This document shows positions 9,656-18,169 of a stretch of DNA of 32,000 nt, in pieces (positions within the stretch are counted from its first letter, which is position 1; every line of letters starts with the position of its first letter). The notes under the pieces were generated by a model, which saw only the letters and a list, made by a program, of their open reading frames with translations, was not told where the DNA came from and did no database searches. Made by a program: the position numbers and the translations under genes. This DNA comes from Candidatus Saganbacteria bacterium (GTDB taxonomy: Bacteria; Margulisbacteria; WOR-1; JAKLHX01), in the NCBI GenBank assembly GCA_026387835.1, contig JAPLKZ010000007.1, forward strand, positions 156,218 through 188,217, read 5' to 3'.

Positions 9656-10498
9656 ATGACAAAGAAGATAGGCTACCTGGGGCCTGAAGGTACGTTTTCC
9701 GAAGAAGCGGGGCAGGTATATTTAAAAAAACTTGAAACTAAAGCCGACCTGGTGCCGATGCCTACTTTCCATGATGTCTTATTTGCCGTTGACAGGGAAG
9801 AGGTTGACGAGGGGATAGTCCCTGTAGAGAACTCGATCGAAGGTACTGTCGGCGTCGTGCAGGATATGCTCGCGAAAGAAGTGGACCTGAAGATCAAAGG
9901 CGAGATCATACTGCCGGTGCATCAAAGCTTGATGGCAAAAAAAGATATCACGCTATCTGAAATAAAGGAAGTGATATCGTTCACCCAGCCGATCGAACAG
10001 TGCAGGACGTGGCTGAGGAAAAATCTGCCGCACGCAAAGATCCGGTTTTCGTCCAGCACTTCGGAAGCGGCAAGAACAGCGGCTTCCTCCGCGGAGGAAG
10101 GGATCGCGGCAATAGGTTCATCGGGATCCGCTAAGATCTACGGGTTAAAAGTGCTTCTGAAGGACATCACGGATTACAGCGATAATGCGACCAGGTTCAT
10201 CGTGCTTTCAAAGACCGACCATAAACCGACGGGCAGTGACAAGACATCAATAGTGTTTTCTGTGATCGCCGATAAGCCGGGAGGCCTTTTTGCCGTGCTT
10301 GGCGAGTTCGCGTCAAGGGGGATAAACCTGACCAAGATCGAGTCACGCCCCTCCAAGAAAGCGCTCGGGGATTACTTTTTCTTTGTCGACATGGAGGGAC
10401 ACCGTAAGGACAAAATGATATCCGAAGCGGTCTCCGATATTACGAATAAAGTGGCGTTCCTGAAGATACTGGGTTCTTATCCAAAAGGGGGTGCGTGA
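9656..10498 (+). CDS. pheA: Prephenate dehydratase with C-terminal ACT domain
   Basis: 280 aa. GYLGPEGTFSEEA, GIVPVENSIEGTV, DNATRFIVL, ACT-like region TSIVFSVIADKPGGLFAVLGEFASRGINLTKIESRP. No chorismate mutase domain at the N-terminus. Confidence 0.93.
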   Translation: MTKKIGYLGPEGTFSEEAGQVYLKKLETKADLVPMPTFHDVLFAVDREEVDEGIVPVENSIEGTVGVVQDMLAKEVDLKIKGEIILPVHQSLMAKKDITLSEIKEVISFTQPIEQCRTWLRKNLPHAKIRFSSSTSEAARTAASSAEEGIAAIGSSGSAKIYGLKVLLKDITDYSDNATRFIVLSKTDHKPTGSDKTSIVFSVIADKPGGLFAVLGEFASRGINLTKIESRPSKKALGDYFFFVDMEGHRKDKMISEAVSDITNKVAFLKILGSYPKGGA

Positions 10499-10805
10499 TA
10501 TGTCCGGCAGAAGCAGGCTTTCTTTTGGCGGATTCTTTCTCGGGGCTGCGGTCGCGGGCGCCGTCGCGGCGCTTTTTACGCCTTTTTCGGGTAAAGAATT
10601 GCGGGAAAAAGTAAAAGAAAAGGTAGACGAGGCAAAAAAAGGATGCGGCGACACGGCCGAGGACATCAGGCATAACAGCGATGAAGCAATAAGCGGCACT
10701 ATCAGTTCCATAGAGGAAGGCATAAACAGGCTGACAGAAGCCATAACCGAAGCACAGAAAGCTGCCGAGGAAAAGCGGGAAGAATTAACCGGAGGTGAAC
10801 AATGA
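10491..10805 (+). CDS. YtxH-like domain protein
   Basis: 104 aa. Gly/Ala-rich TM (GGFFLGAAVAGAVAALFTPFSGKELREKVKEKVDEAKK) followed by a charged helix. Confidence 0.65.
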   Translation: MRDMSGRSRLSFGGFFLGAAVAGAVAALFTPFSGKELREKVKEKVDEAKKGCGDTAEDIRHNSDEAISGTISSIEEGINRLTEAITEAQKAAEEKREELTGGEQ

Positions 10806-11185
10806 ACATCAATCTTGTCCTGATCATATGTCTGGTCGCGGTCACCATAGGTATCCTGGTAATGATAGCCTACGTTATAATGCTTCTGTCACATGTCAGG
10901 AGGATCCTCAAGCCGGTGGACAAGATGCTGAACGACCTCAGCGCCGAGTTCCGGCCGCTTTTAAACGATATGTCTGGCATATCGGGTTCGGTCAATAGTT
11001 TTCTCGGCCGGTTTGACAGGATAACGGGGCTGGTGTTCGGGAAGCTCGACATGATGGCTCAGGGTATGGAAAAAGCAAACACTTATGTCCAGCGGTTCGT
11101 GAAAAATCCGAAGGTCGAGATCGAGAGCATAGGCGCCGGCCTCAAAAAAGCTGCTCAGATATTATTTAGAAAGAAAGGAGAGTGA
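10802..11185 (+). CDS. DUF948-like membrane-anchored coiled-coil protein
   Basis: 127 aa. N-terminal TM then VDKMLNDLSAEFRPLLNDMSGISGSVNSFLGR. Between two YtxH-like genes, ATGA-type overlap with the previous gene. Confidence 0.6.
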   Translation: MNINLVLIICLVAVTIGILVMIAYVIMLLSHVRRILKPVDKMLNDLSAEFRPLLNDMSGISGSVNSFLGRFDRITGLVFGKLDMMAQGMEKANTYVQRFVKNPKVEIESIGAGLKKAAQILFRKKGE

Positions 11186-11188
11186 GAT

Positions 11189-11398
11189 ATGGGTAAGATC
11201 AAAAGTTTCCTCACGGGCGGGATGGTCGGAGCGGTGATCGGGATGCTGTTCGCTCCGCAGAAGGGTGACGAGTCCAGAAAAAAGCTCCAGGAAGAAAGCG
11301 ACAAATGGAGCCCTAAAATAAAAGAGATGGCGGCAGGAGCGAAAGACACCGCGCAAAAGACTATCGATAAAGCCAAGGAAATATTCGGCAAAAAATAA
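11189..11398 (+). CDS. YtxH-like domain protein (second copy)
   Basis: 69 aa. FLTGGMVGAVIGMLFAPQKGDESRKKLQEESDKWSPKIKEMAAGAKDTAQK. Confidence 0.65.
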   Translation: MGKIKSFLTGGMVGAVIGMLFAPQKGDESRKKLQEESDKWSPKIKEMAAGAKDTAQKTIDKAKEIFGKK

Positions 11399-12507
11399 TG
11401 GCTAATCTCGGCCTCGCGGTCGATATCGGCTCGACGAATATCGCCGGTTTCATGATAGACCTTGACAAGAGAAAGGATCATTTTTCTCTGTCGATAAAGA
11501 ACAGCCAGGCTTCCCACGGATCTGACGTGGTAAGCCGGCTGACTTTCGCTTCTCAAAAACAGGACAATGTCAAAGCCCTTCAAAAACAGGTCGTCACCGA
11601 TCTTAACAACCTCATTTTTGCTCTTTCAAAAAGACTTCACATCAACAGAAAGCGGCTCAGCAAAATAATCGTTTCAGGCAACACGATAATGCTGCACCTG
11701 CTGCTTGGTTTGGATATATCAGGATTTCTGAAATACCCGTTCAAGTCGGAGATCAAAGGTCCTGTTGAAATAAATGCCGAGGAAATCGGAGTAGTCGCTT
11801 CAAAAAAAACAAAACTAATAACACTGTCTGTTATTTCACCGTATGTTGGAGCGGATGTCGTTTCCGGGATCTTATACACAGGAATGCATAAGCTTTCCGG
11901 CAGGAAGCTGCTGATAGACCTAGGGACAAACGCTGAAATCGTTCTTGGCAACAAAGACCGTTTGATCGCGGCTTCAGCCGCGGCAGGCCCTGCATTTAAA
12001 GGGAAAGATATCGTTCTTGGATCGGAGATAATATCATCGGTTGCGAGGATGTTAAAAAACGGACTTATAGATAAAAACGGGAATTTAAAACAATCAAAAG
12101 GGAACCCTCTCCCTTTGGGAGAGGGGAAGGGTGAGGGTTGTAAGGTCCTTTCCCAAGACGACATCCGCTCTTTTCAGCTGGCTAAAGGCGCTGTCAGAGC
12201 CGGTATCGAAATATTAATGGAAAAATACGGGATCAACCTTTCCGATGTCAAAAAAATACTGATCGCCGGCCTGTTCGGAAAAAAGATCGACAGGCAGGAT
12301 GCTATTACAACAGGTTTGATCCCTTCAGTCCCAAGAACAACTGTCCGGGCAATAGGCAATTCATCTTTAGGCGGGGCGAAAAAAGTTCTGCTCGACCCCG
12401 GATTACTTGAAGAAGTAAAACAGATCGCAAAAACAGCCGAGCCCGTAGAACTTTCTTTGGAAAAAGGTTACCAGGAAAGATTTATTTTCCGTATAAACTT
12501 TGATTGA
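11398..12507 (+). CDS. RACo-type ASKHA domain protein (DUF4445 family), lacking the N-terminal 2Fe-2S ferredoxin domain
   Basis: 369 aa. GLAVDIGSTNIAGFMIDL, VVSGNTIMLHLLLGLD, LLIDLGTNAEIVLGN, AASAAAGPAFKGKDI, IKKILIAGLFGKKI, RTTVRAIGNSSLGGAK. Confidence 0.75.
   Translation: MANLGLAVDIGSTNIAGFMIDLDKRKDHFSLSIKNSQASHGSDVVSRLTFASQKQDNVKALQKQVVTDLNNLIFALSKRLHINRKRLSKIIVSGNTIMLHLLLGLDISGFLKYPFKSEIKGPVEINAEEIGVVASKKTKLITLSVISPYVGADVVSGILYTGMHKLSGRKLLIDLGTNAEIVLGNKDRLIAASAAAGPAFKGKDIVLGSEIISSVARMLKNGLIDKNGNLKQSKGNPLPLGEGKGEGCKVLSQDDIRSFQLAKGAVRAGIEILMEKYGINLSDVKKILIAGLFGKKIDRQDAITTGLIPSVPRTTVRAIGNSSLGGAKKVLLDPGLLEEVKQIAKTAEPVELSLEKGYQERFIFRINFD
12103..12139. repeat. Nested palindromic repeat embedded in frame in the ASKHA/DUF4445 gene
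   Basis: AACCCTCTCCCTTTGGGAGAGGGGAAGGGTGAGGGTT. Inner 9-bp perfect stem 12105-12113 / 12117-12125. The outer arm AACCCTCTCCC (12103-12113) also pairs with GGGTGAGGGTT (12129-12139) with one mismatch. Confidence 0.8.
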
Positions 12508-12523
12508 TCCTCGGGCCCGATCA

Positions 12524-12853
12524 TCACGGTAAGTCGCGGAATTTCTCGGGGAGCTTATTGAGCAGGTTTTCCTTATCAAGTTCGCATATCATAGCCGATC
12601 TGATATTTGTCGAGATAAATCTGCAGCACTCTTTAAATCCCATTATCCATCTGGCCTGAAAACCTGCTGATATTGAATCTTCAAACATAGAAACGATCTT
12701 TTGTTTCCCGAAGCCGTTCTTTGATACCGCGTTGGCAATGCTTGCCAGCTTGATCGCTCTTTGTATGGGATGCTCTATCCTTCTCGAAGCCCTTATTACC
12801 TTCAATATCTTTTTTTTCTGTAATATCTCAAGATCCTTGGTTATGTCTCCCAT
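12524..12853 (-). CDS. Conserved-looking hypothetical protein, helical, 109 aa
   Basis: ORF MGDITKDLEILQKKKILKVIRASRRIEHPIQRAIKLASIANAVSKNGFGKQKIV... The upstream AAGGAAGG on the minus strand is a plausible RBS. No family recognised. Confidence 0.55.
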   Translation of the reverse strand: MGDITKDLEILQKKKILKVIRASRRIEHPIQRAIKLASIANAVSKNGFGKQKIVSMFEDSISAGFQARWIMGFKECCRFISTNIRSAMICELDKENLLNKLPEKFRDLP

Positions 12854-12964
12854 GATACCCTTCCTTTAAACAGGGTCCTTGCGGTCTGTTATGCTATCCC
12901 CCCTGTATATATTTATCGTCAAATATTCGGTGGAATTCCGCTTATTATTGCCCATTCCGCCTTG

Positions 12965-12973
12965 TGCTATAAT
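12965..12973 (+). promoter_or_regulatory. Extended -10 promoter for argS
   Basis: TGCTATAAT, 8 nt before the argS ATG (12982). Head of a tightly packed gene run. Confidence 0.6.
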
Positions 12974-12981
12974 CGCTGTAT

Positions 12982-14556
12982 ATGCGGGAAAGAATAATAG
13001 AAATCATAAGGTCTGCAACTGGGATAAACGAAATCGACCTGGAGGTCCCGAAAGAAAAAAAATTCGGGGACTTTTCGACGAATATCGCGATGTCGGCCGC
13101 AAAATTACAGGGTAAAAATTCCAGAGAGACGGCAAACGACTTTAAGAAAAAAATAGAAGATAATGATAAACAAAACCTCATTAAAAAAGTAGAAATTGCC
13201 GGCCCCGGCTTTATTAATCTGTTCATCAATGATGCCGAAATAAATGCCGGGCTTAACGGGATAATCAGAGAAGGCGGCGCGTACGGGGCAAATAATACAG
13301 GCAACGGTAAAAAGGTCCTGATAGAGTTTGTCAGCGCCAATCCGACGGGGCCTCTTCATATAGGCCACGGCAGGTGGGCGGTGATCGGGAGCTCGCTGGC
13401 AGAAATACTAAAGGCGAACGGATACAGCGTAGAAACAGAGTTTTATGTCAACAATATCGGCCGGCAGGTGGATCTTTTGGTGGAATCGGTGCTTTCATCA
13501 GTAAAAGATCTTGAGATTCCTGAGGGAGGGTACGGCGGAAGTTATGTCAAGGATATAGCGGAAGAAATTAAAAAGGAAGCTCCTGAAGATGTCAAACAAT
13601 ATATCTTTGACAGGATCATATGCGGGCAGAAACAGACTCTCCTTGACGCAGGGGTGGAGTTTGACAACTGGTTCTTTGAGAACACGCTCCACGAGAACGG
13701 AGCTGTCGCAAAGACGATAGAGCGTCTGAAGAAGAACGATATGACTTACGAAAAAGACGGTGCCGTCTGGTTCAGGTCAGAGCAGTTCGGGGATGACAAG
13801 GACAGGGTCCTTGTGAGGGAGAACGGGGAGCCTACATACTTTACGGCTGATATAGCGTATCACAGCGATAAGTTCAAAAGAGGCTATGACCTTCTCATCA
13901 ATGTGTGGGGCACCGACCATCACGGTTATGTGAAAAGACTGCAGTCGGCGATGGAAGCCCTGAAGCTGCCCAGCCACAGGCTGGAAATAATAATCGGCCA
14001 GCTTGTGACCCTTTACCGGGGAAAAGAACCTGTCAGGATGTCAAAAAGGACCGGCGAGATGATAACCCTTAAAGAAGTGATAGATGAGATCGGCTGCGAC
14101 GCGGCAAGGTTCTTCCTTCTGATGACGGGGGCGGACACGCACATGGACTTTGACCTGGAGCTGGCCAAGAAAAGATCTCTGGACAATCCGGTATACTATA
14201 TCCAGTACGCTTACGCGAGGATATGCAATATCCTGAAGAACAGCGTTGTCCCGGTCCCTCAACCTGAGCAGGCAGATCTCAGCCTTTTGAAAGAAGAAGC
14301 CGAAAGGGATATCATCCTGAAACTGACGGAGTATCCCAAAGAGCTTGAAGAAGCGGCAAAGGCGATGCAGCCGCACCATCTCGTAAGGTATTTAAGGCAG
14401 GTCGCTTCCCTTTTTCATTCCTATTACCACAAGTGCAGGGTGATATGCGAGGACAAAGAGGTCATGAAAGCAAGGCTTCTTTTGATAGAATCCACTCGAA
14501 TAGTGCTCTTAAACGTGTTAAAATTATTAAAAGTTTCGGCACCTGAAAGGATGTAA
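12982..14556 (+). CDS. argS: Arginyl-tRNA synthetase
   Basis: 524 aa. KKFGDFSTNIAM, VEFVSANPTGPLHIGHGRWAVIG, YFTADIAYHSDKF, LVTLYRGKEPVRMSKRTGEMITL, C-terminal LLESTRIVLLNVLKLLKVSAPERM. Confidence 0.96.
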   Translation: MRERIIEIIRSATGINEIDLEVPKEKKFGDFSTNIAMSAAKLQGKNSRETANDFKKKIEDNDKQNLIKKVEIAGPGFINLFINDAEINAGLNGIIREGGAYGANNTGNGKKVLIEFVSANPTGPLHIGHGRWAVIGSSLAEILKANGYSVETEFYVNNIGRQVDLLVESVLSSVKDLEIPEGGYGGSYVKDIAEEIKKEAPEDVKQYIFDRIICGQKQTLLDAGVEFDNWFFENTLHENGAVAKTIERLKKNDMTYEKDGAVWFRSEQFGDDKDRVLVRENGEPTYFTADIAYHSDKFKRGYDLLINVWGTDHHGYVKRLQSAMEALKLPSHRLEIIIGQLVTLYRGKEPVRMSKRTGEMITLKEVIDEIGCDAARFFLLMTGADTHMDFDLELAKKRSLDNPVYYIQYAYARICNILKNSVVPVPQPEQADLSLLKEEAERDIILKLTEYPKELEEAAKAMQPHHLVRYLRQVASLFHSYYHKCRVICEDKEVMKARLLLIESTRIVLLNVLKLLKVSAPERM

Positions 14557-14560
14557 TAAA

Positions 14561-15472
14561 ATGAAAGAATGTTTTTTTGAAGGAAATTTCGTCCCTTTTG
14601 AGAAGGCGAACATCTCGATAATGACGCACGCGTTCAATTACGGCACCGCGGTCTTTGAAGGAATACGCGGATACTGGAACCCCGAAAAGAAACAGAAATT
14701 CATACTGAAGCTTTCAGAGCATTACGAGCGTCTTTTAAGGTCGTGCAGGGTCATCAGGATAGAATCAAAATACTCCCTCAGGGAACTTTGCGACATAACG
14801 ATCGACCTAGTCAGAAGGAATAATTACAGAGAAGATATCTATATCAGGCCTTTAGCATATAAATCAACGAAAAAAATAGGCCTCGGGCTTGTCGGGGTCG
14901 AAGATGACCTGTGCATATTCCTGTCACCTTTCGGCGACTACCTTGATATCTCCAAGGGCATACGCGTCTGCACCTCTTCGTGGAGAAGGCTGGATGATAT
15001 GGCGATACCGACGCGGGCAAAGATAACAGGGTCTTATATCAATTCTTCCCTGGCGAAATCGGAAGCGATCGAAGGCGGGTTCGAGGAAGCTATAATGCTC
15101 TCGCATGACGGGCACGTCTCCGAGGGCAGCGGCGAGAATATTTTTATGGTCAGGGACGGAAAGCTTATAACACCGGTAGTCACCGACAATATCCTTGAAG
15201 GCATCACAAGAGGCTGTATAATACAGCTTGCAAAGGATAAGCTCGGGATAGATGTCATTGAGCGGTCGGTCGACAGGTCGGAGTTATATATTGCCGATGA
15301 ACTTTTCTTTGTCGGCACAGGCGCTCAGGTCTCTCCGATCATAGAGGTCGACAGGCGTGTCGTCGGAAACGGCCAGATGGGCCCCATGACATCAAAACTG
15401 CAGAAAGCCTATTTTGCCGCTGCAAGAGGGGACGACCATACATATAAAGACTGGATCACGCCGGTATATTGA
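14561..15472 (+). CDS. ilvE: Branched-chain amino acid aminotransferase
   Basis: 303 aa. HAFNYGTAVFEGIRGYW, AKITGSYINSSLAKSEAIEGGFEEAIML, GHVSEGSGENIFMV, LFFVGTGAQVSPI. Confidence 0.93.
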   Translation: MKECFFEGNFVPFEKANISIMTHAFNYGTAVFEGIRGYWNPEKKQKFILKLSEHYERLLRSCRVIRIESKYSLRELCDITIDLVRRNNYREDIYIRPLAYKSTKKIGLGLVGVEDDLCIFLSPFGDYLDISKGIRVCTSSWRRLDDMAIPTRAKITGSYINSSLAKSEAIEGGFEEAIMLSHDGHVSEGSGENIFMVRDGKLITPVVTDNILEGITRGCIIQLAKDKLGIDVIERSVDRSELYIADELFFVGTGAQVSPIIEVDRRVVGNGQMGPMTSKLQKAYFAAARGDDHTYKDWITPVY

Positions 15473-15480
15473 TCATATAA

Positions 15481-15831
15481 ATGATAAAAGGGATCGGCAT
15501 TGATATAGTTGAGATCGAGCGGATAAAGAACGCTGTCAAGCGCCACGGCGATAAATTTCTCAATAGAGTGTACACTTCTTCGGAACTGTCTTATTGCAAA
15601 AAGTTCAGCAAGTTCCGGTTTCCCGAGCTGTCGGTGCGCTTCGCGGCAAAAGAAGCGTACGCAAAAGCGATAGGCACGGGGATGAACGGCATCCACTGGA
15701 GACAGATAGAGGTGCGCAACGATAAAAAAGGCAAGCCGTATCTTAAGCTCAACGGCAGGACAGTGAAAAAGGCGCACGTCACGCTTTCTCACAGCAGGGA
15801 TTACGGCGTGGCATGCGTGGTGCTGGAATGA
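15481..15831 (+). CDS. acpS: Holo-[acyl-carrier-protein] synthase
   Basis: 116 aa. GIGIDIVEIERIKNAV, RFAAKEAYAKAIGTG, HVTLSHSRDYGVACVVLE. Confidence 0.93.
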   Translation: MIKGIGIDIVEIERIKNAVKRHGDKFLNRVYTSSELSYCKKFSKFRFPELSVRFAAKEAYAKAIGTGMNGIHWRQIEVRNDKKGKPYLKLNGRTVKKAHVTLSHSRDYGVACVVLE

Positions 15832-17384
15832 GATCGATCTCAACAGCCGAGATGAAACGTATCGATGCCCGGGCCATCAATGACCTCGGCATCCCTCAGA
15901 TCGTCCTGATGGAAAATGCCGGGTTAAGGGTCATGGAGGCGATAAAAGAAAACTACGGCATCCCGGAAAGCGCTGTAGTCGTATGCGGTAAAGGCAGCAA
16001 CGGCGGGGACGCCGCCGTTATAGCAAGGCATCTGTACAACAGCGGTTGTGACGTCTCGGTATTTCTCGCCGGTTCTAAAAGCGATCTAAAAAAAGGCGCA
16101 AGAATAAACTTTCAGGCAGCCAAAAATATCGGCATCAATATTGCCGAGATAACTAAAAAAACACAGCTCGAGATCCTTTATGATGAGCTTCAAAATACCG
16201 GTATAGTGATCGACGGGCTGTTCGGCATAGGCCTCAACAGTGATGTGAAAGGCTTGCACGCCGAGATCATCGATCTGATAAATAATAATAGAAAACGCGG
16301 ATATAAGACCGTTTCGGTCGATATACCTTCGGGGCTTGATTCTGATACCGGCAAAATAAGAGGACGCTGTGTCGAAGCGGATATGACGGTGACGTTCCAC
16401 CTGCCGAAAACAGGGATGTTAAAAAACAGCGGACCGGAAAAGTCAGGGAAAATAGTAGTAGGGGATATTTCCATACCTTATACAGGCCCAAGATCACAGG
16501 ATCTAAGCCTTAAAAAAATCGCAAATCGCAGATCGCAAACCGCAAAAAACAAAAACCTGACAGATATTGTTTTTGTAAAAGAAAGACTTCCGAAGAGAAA
16601 AAAGGATTCAAATAAAGGAGATAACGGACGGGTACTGATAATCGCCGGATCAGAAAACATGGCCGGAGCGGCGATCCTGACGTCAAAGGCCGCTTTAAGG
16701 GCAGGCTCCGGATCAGTATATTTATCTATACCCGGATCGATCCGGTCGAATATAAATAAAGCAGTACCTGAAGCTATAACTTATTTTGACCTTAAGGTCT
16801 CCGAAATTAAAAAGATGAAATTAGATGCGATCGCCGTCGGTCCCGGTATAGGCCAGGGGAAAAGAGAGTTTGTAAAAAAACTTATTAAAGCCGACCTGCC
16901 TTGTCCCATGGTGATCGATGCTGACGGTCTGAACTCGATTGCCGGCGAGCCGAAGGTCCTTCTTTCAAGGACATTCCCGACCGTAATAACTCCGCATCCC
17001 GGAGAAATGGCAAGGCTAATAAAGACGACCGCTTCAAAAATCCAGTCTGACAGGACAGGCAATGCTGTGAGGTTTGCAAGAAAAAACAATGTCATCGTAG
17101 TGTTAAAAGGTTTTAATACTATTATTTCCGACCAGAGAGGCGGATATTTTATTAATCCCACGGGAAACCCCGGAATGGCTTCCGCGGGCGCGGGAGATGT
17201 TCTGACCGGGATCATCGTCTCGTTGATAGGGCAGGGGATGGAGACATTTGATGCGGCCGTATGCGGGGCTTATATACACGGCTTGTCCGGCGACCTGGCG
17301 GCGAAAGAAAAAGGCAGGATAGGTATCATAGCTTCTGATATAATTGAGGCAATAACGGGAGCTTTAAAATGCGTTTCGGCCTGA
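15813..17384 (+). CDS. nnr: Bifunctional NAD(P)H-hydrate epimerase / ADP-dependent (S)-NAD(P)H-hydrate dehydratase
   Basis: 523 aa. Epimerase part IVLMENAGLRVMEAI, VVCGKGSNGGDAAVIARHLYNSGCDVSVFL, VSVDIPSGLDSDTG. Dehydratase part GRVLIIAGSENMAGAAILTSKAALRAGSGSV, TPHPGEMARLI, NPGMASAGAGDVLTGII. Confidence 0.93.
   Translation: MRGAGMRSISTAEMKRIDARAINDLGIPQIVLMENAGLRVMEAIKENYGIPESAVVVCGKGSNGGDAAVIARHLYNSGCDVSVFLAGSKSDLKKGARINFQAAKNIGINIAEITKKTQLEILYDELQNTGIVIDGLFGIGLNSDVKGLHAEIIDLINNNRKRGYKTVSVDIPSGLDSDTGKIRGRCVEADMTVTFHLPKTGMLKNSGPEKSGKIVVGDISIPYTGPRSQDLSLKKIANRRSQTAKNKNLTDIVFVKERLPKRKKDSNKGDNGRVLIIAGSENMAGAAILTSKAALRAGSGSVYLSIPGSIRSNINKAVPEAITYFDLKVSEIKKMKLDAIAVGPGIGQGKREFVKKLIKADLPCPMVIDADGLNSIAGEPKVLLSRTFPTVITPHPGEMARLIKTTASKIQSDRTGNAVRFARKNNVIVVLKGFNTIISDQRGGYFINPTGNPGMASAGAGDVLTGIIVSLIGQGMETFDAAVCGAYIHGLSGDLAAKEKGRIGIIASDIIEAITGALKCVSA
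16518..16545. repeat. Imperfect heptanucleotide tandem repeat (4 units) in the nnr interdomain linker
   Basis: ATCGCAA-ATCGCAG-ATCGCAA-ACCGCAA read directly from the sequence. Confidence 0.8.
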
Positions 17385-18169
17385 GCATTAAAAAAGAAGA
17401 AAAATATTTCGATTATGTCGGCAAGGAGACTCTCCTGTTCTTCAGGGATTTTGGCGGCATCTGCATCCTTCTATGGCAGGCGCTGACGAGGTCTTTCACT
17501 AAAAAGCTGAATATAAAAAATGTGTATGATCAGCTGGTCAGAATAGGCAACGATTCGATCCCCGTTTCACTCATAACGGCATTTTTTGTCGGCATGGTAT
17601 TTGCTGTGCAGATCGCTACGGAGTTCACAAAGTTCGGCGCAGGCAGGATGGTAGGCGCAGTGATGGCCCTGGCAATCGCAAGGGAACTGGCCCCGATCTT
17701 GACGGCAGTGGTCCTGGCGGGGCGCGTGGGCGCGGCGATCGCCGCGGAGATCGGCACGATGAACGTCACTCAGCAGATCGATGCGATGAGAGCCCTGGGA
17801 ACGAATCCTATAAACTATTTGGTAGTGCCAAGGTTCCTGGCGTCGGTGATAATGTTCCCTGTTCTTACGCTTTTTGCCGACCTGATTGGCTTCATCGGAT
17901 CTTTTCTTGTCTCTGTATTTCTCGCAAATATCAATCCGTACAGCTATTTAGAAGCTACTGAACAATTCCTTAAGACGGGAGATATCCTGGCAGGGCTGTT
18001 GAAAGCTGTCGTGTTCGGTGCTCTCGTCTCGATCATCGCCTGCCAGATGGGGCTCAATTCAAAGAACGGGGCAAAAGGCGTGGGAGAAGCCACCACGGCT
18101 TCGGTCGTGATCTCTCTGATAACGATATTTGTGGCGAACTATTTCATGTCAGTGGCATTGTTCAAATGA
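17369..18169 (+). CDS. mlaE: MlaE-type ABC transporter permease (phospholipid/MCE system)
   Basis: 266 aa multi-TM. VGMVFAVQIATEFTKFGAG, ELAPILTAVVLAGRVGAAIAAEIGTMNVTQQIDAMRALGTNPINYLVVPR. Confidence 0.93.
   Translation: MRFGLSIKKEEKYFDYVGKETLLFFRDFGGICILLWQALTRSFTKKLNIKNVYDQLVRIGNDSIPVSLITAFFVGMVFAVQIATEFTKFGAGRMVGAVMALAIARELAPILTAVVLAGRVGAAIAAEIGTMNVTQQIDAMRALGTNPINYLVVPRFLASVIMFPVLTLFADLIGFIGSFLVSVFLANINPYSYLEATEQFLKTGDILAGLLKAVVFGALVSIIACQMGLNSKNGAKGVGEATTASVVISLITIFVANYFMSVALFK

Noticed and set aside
16518-16545. Possible CRISPR or iteron array
   Set aside because: Units are 7 nt, contiguous, inside a coding linker, with no spacers.
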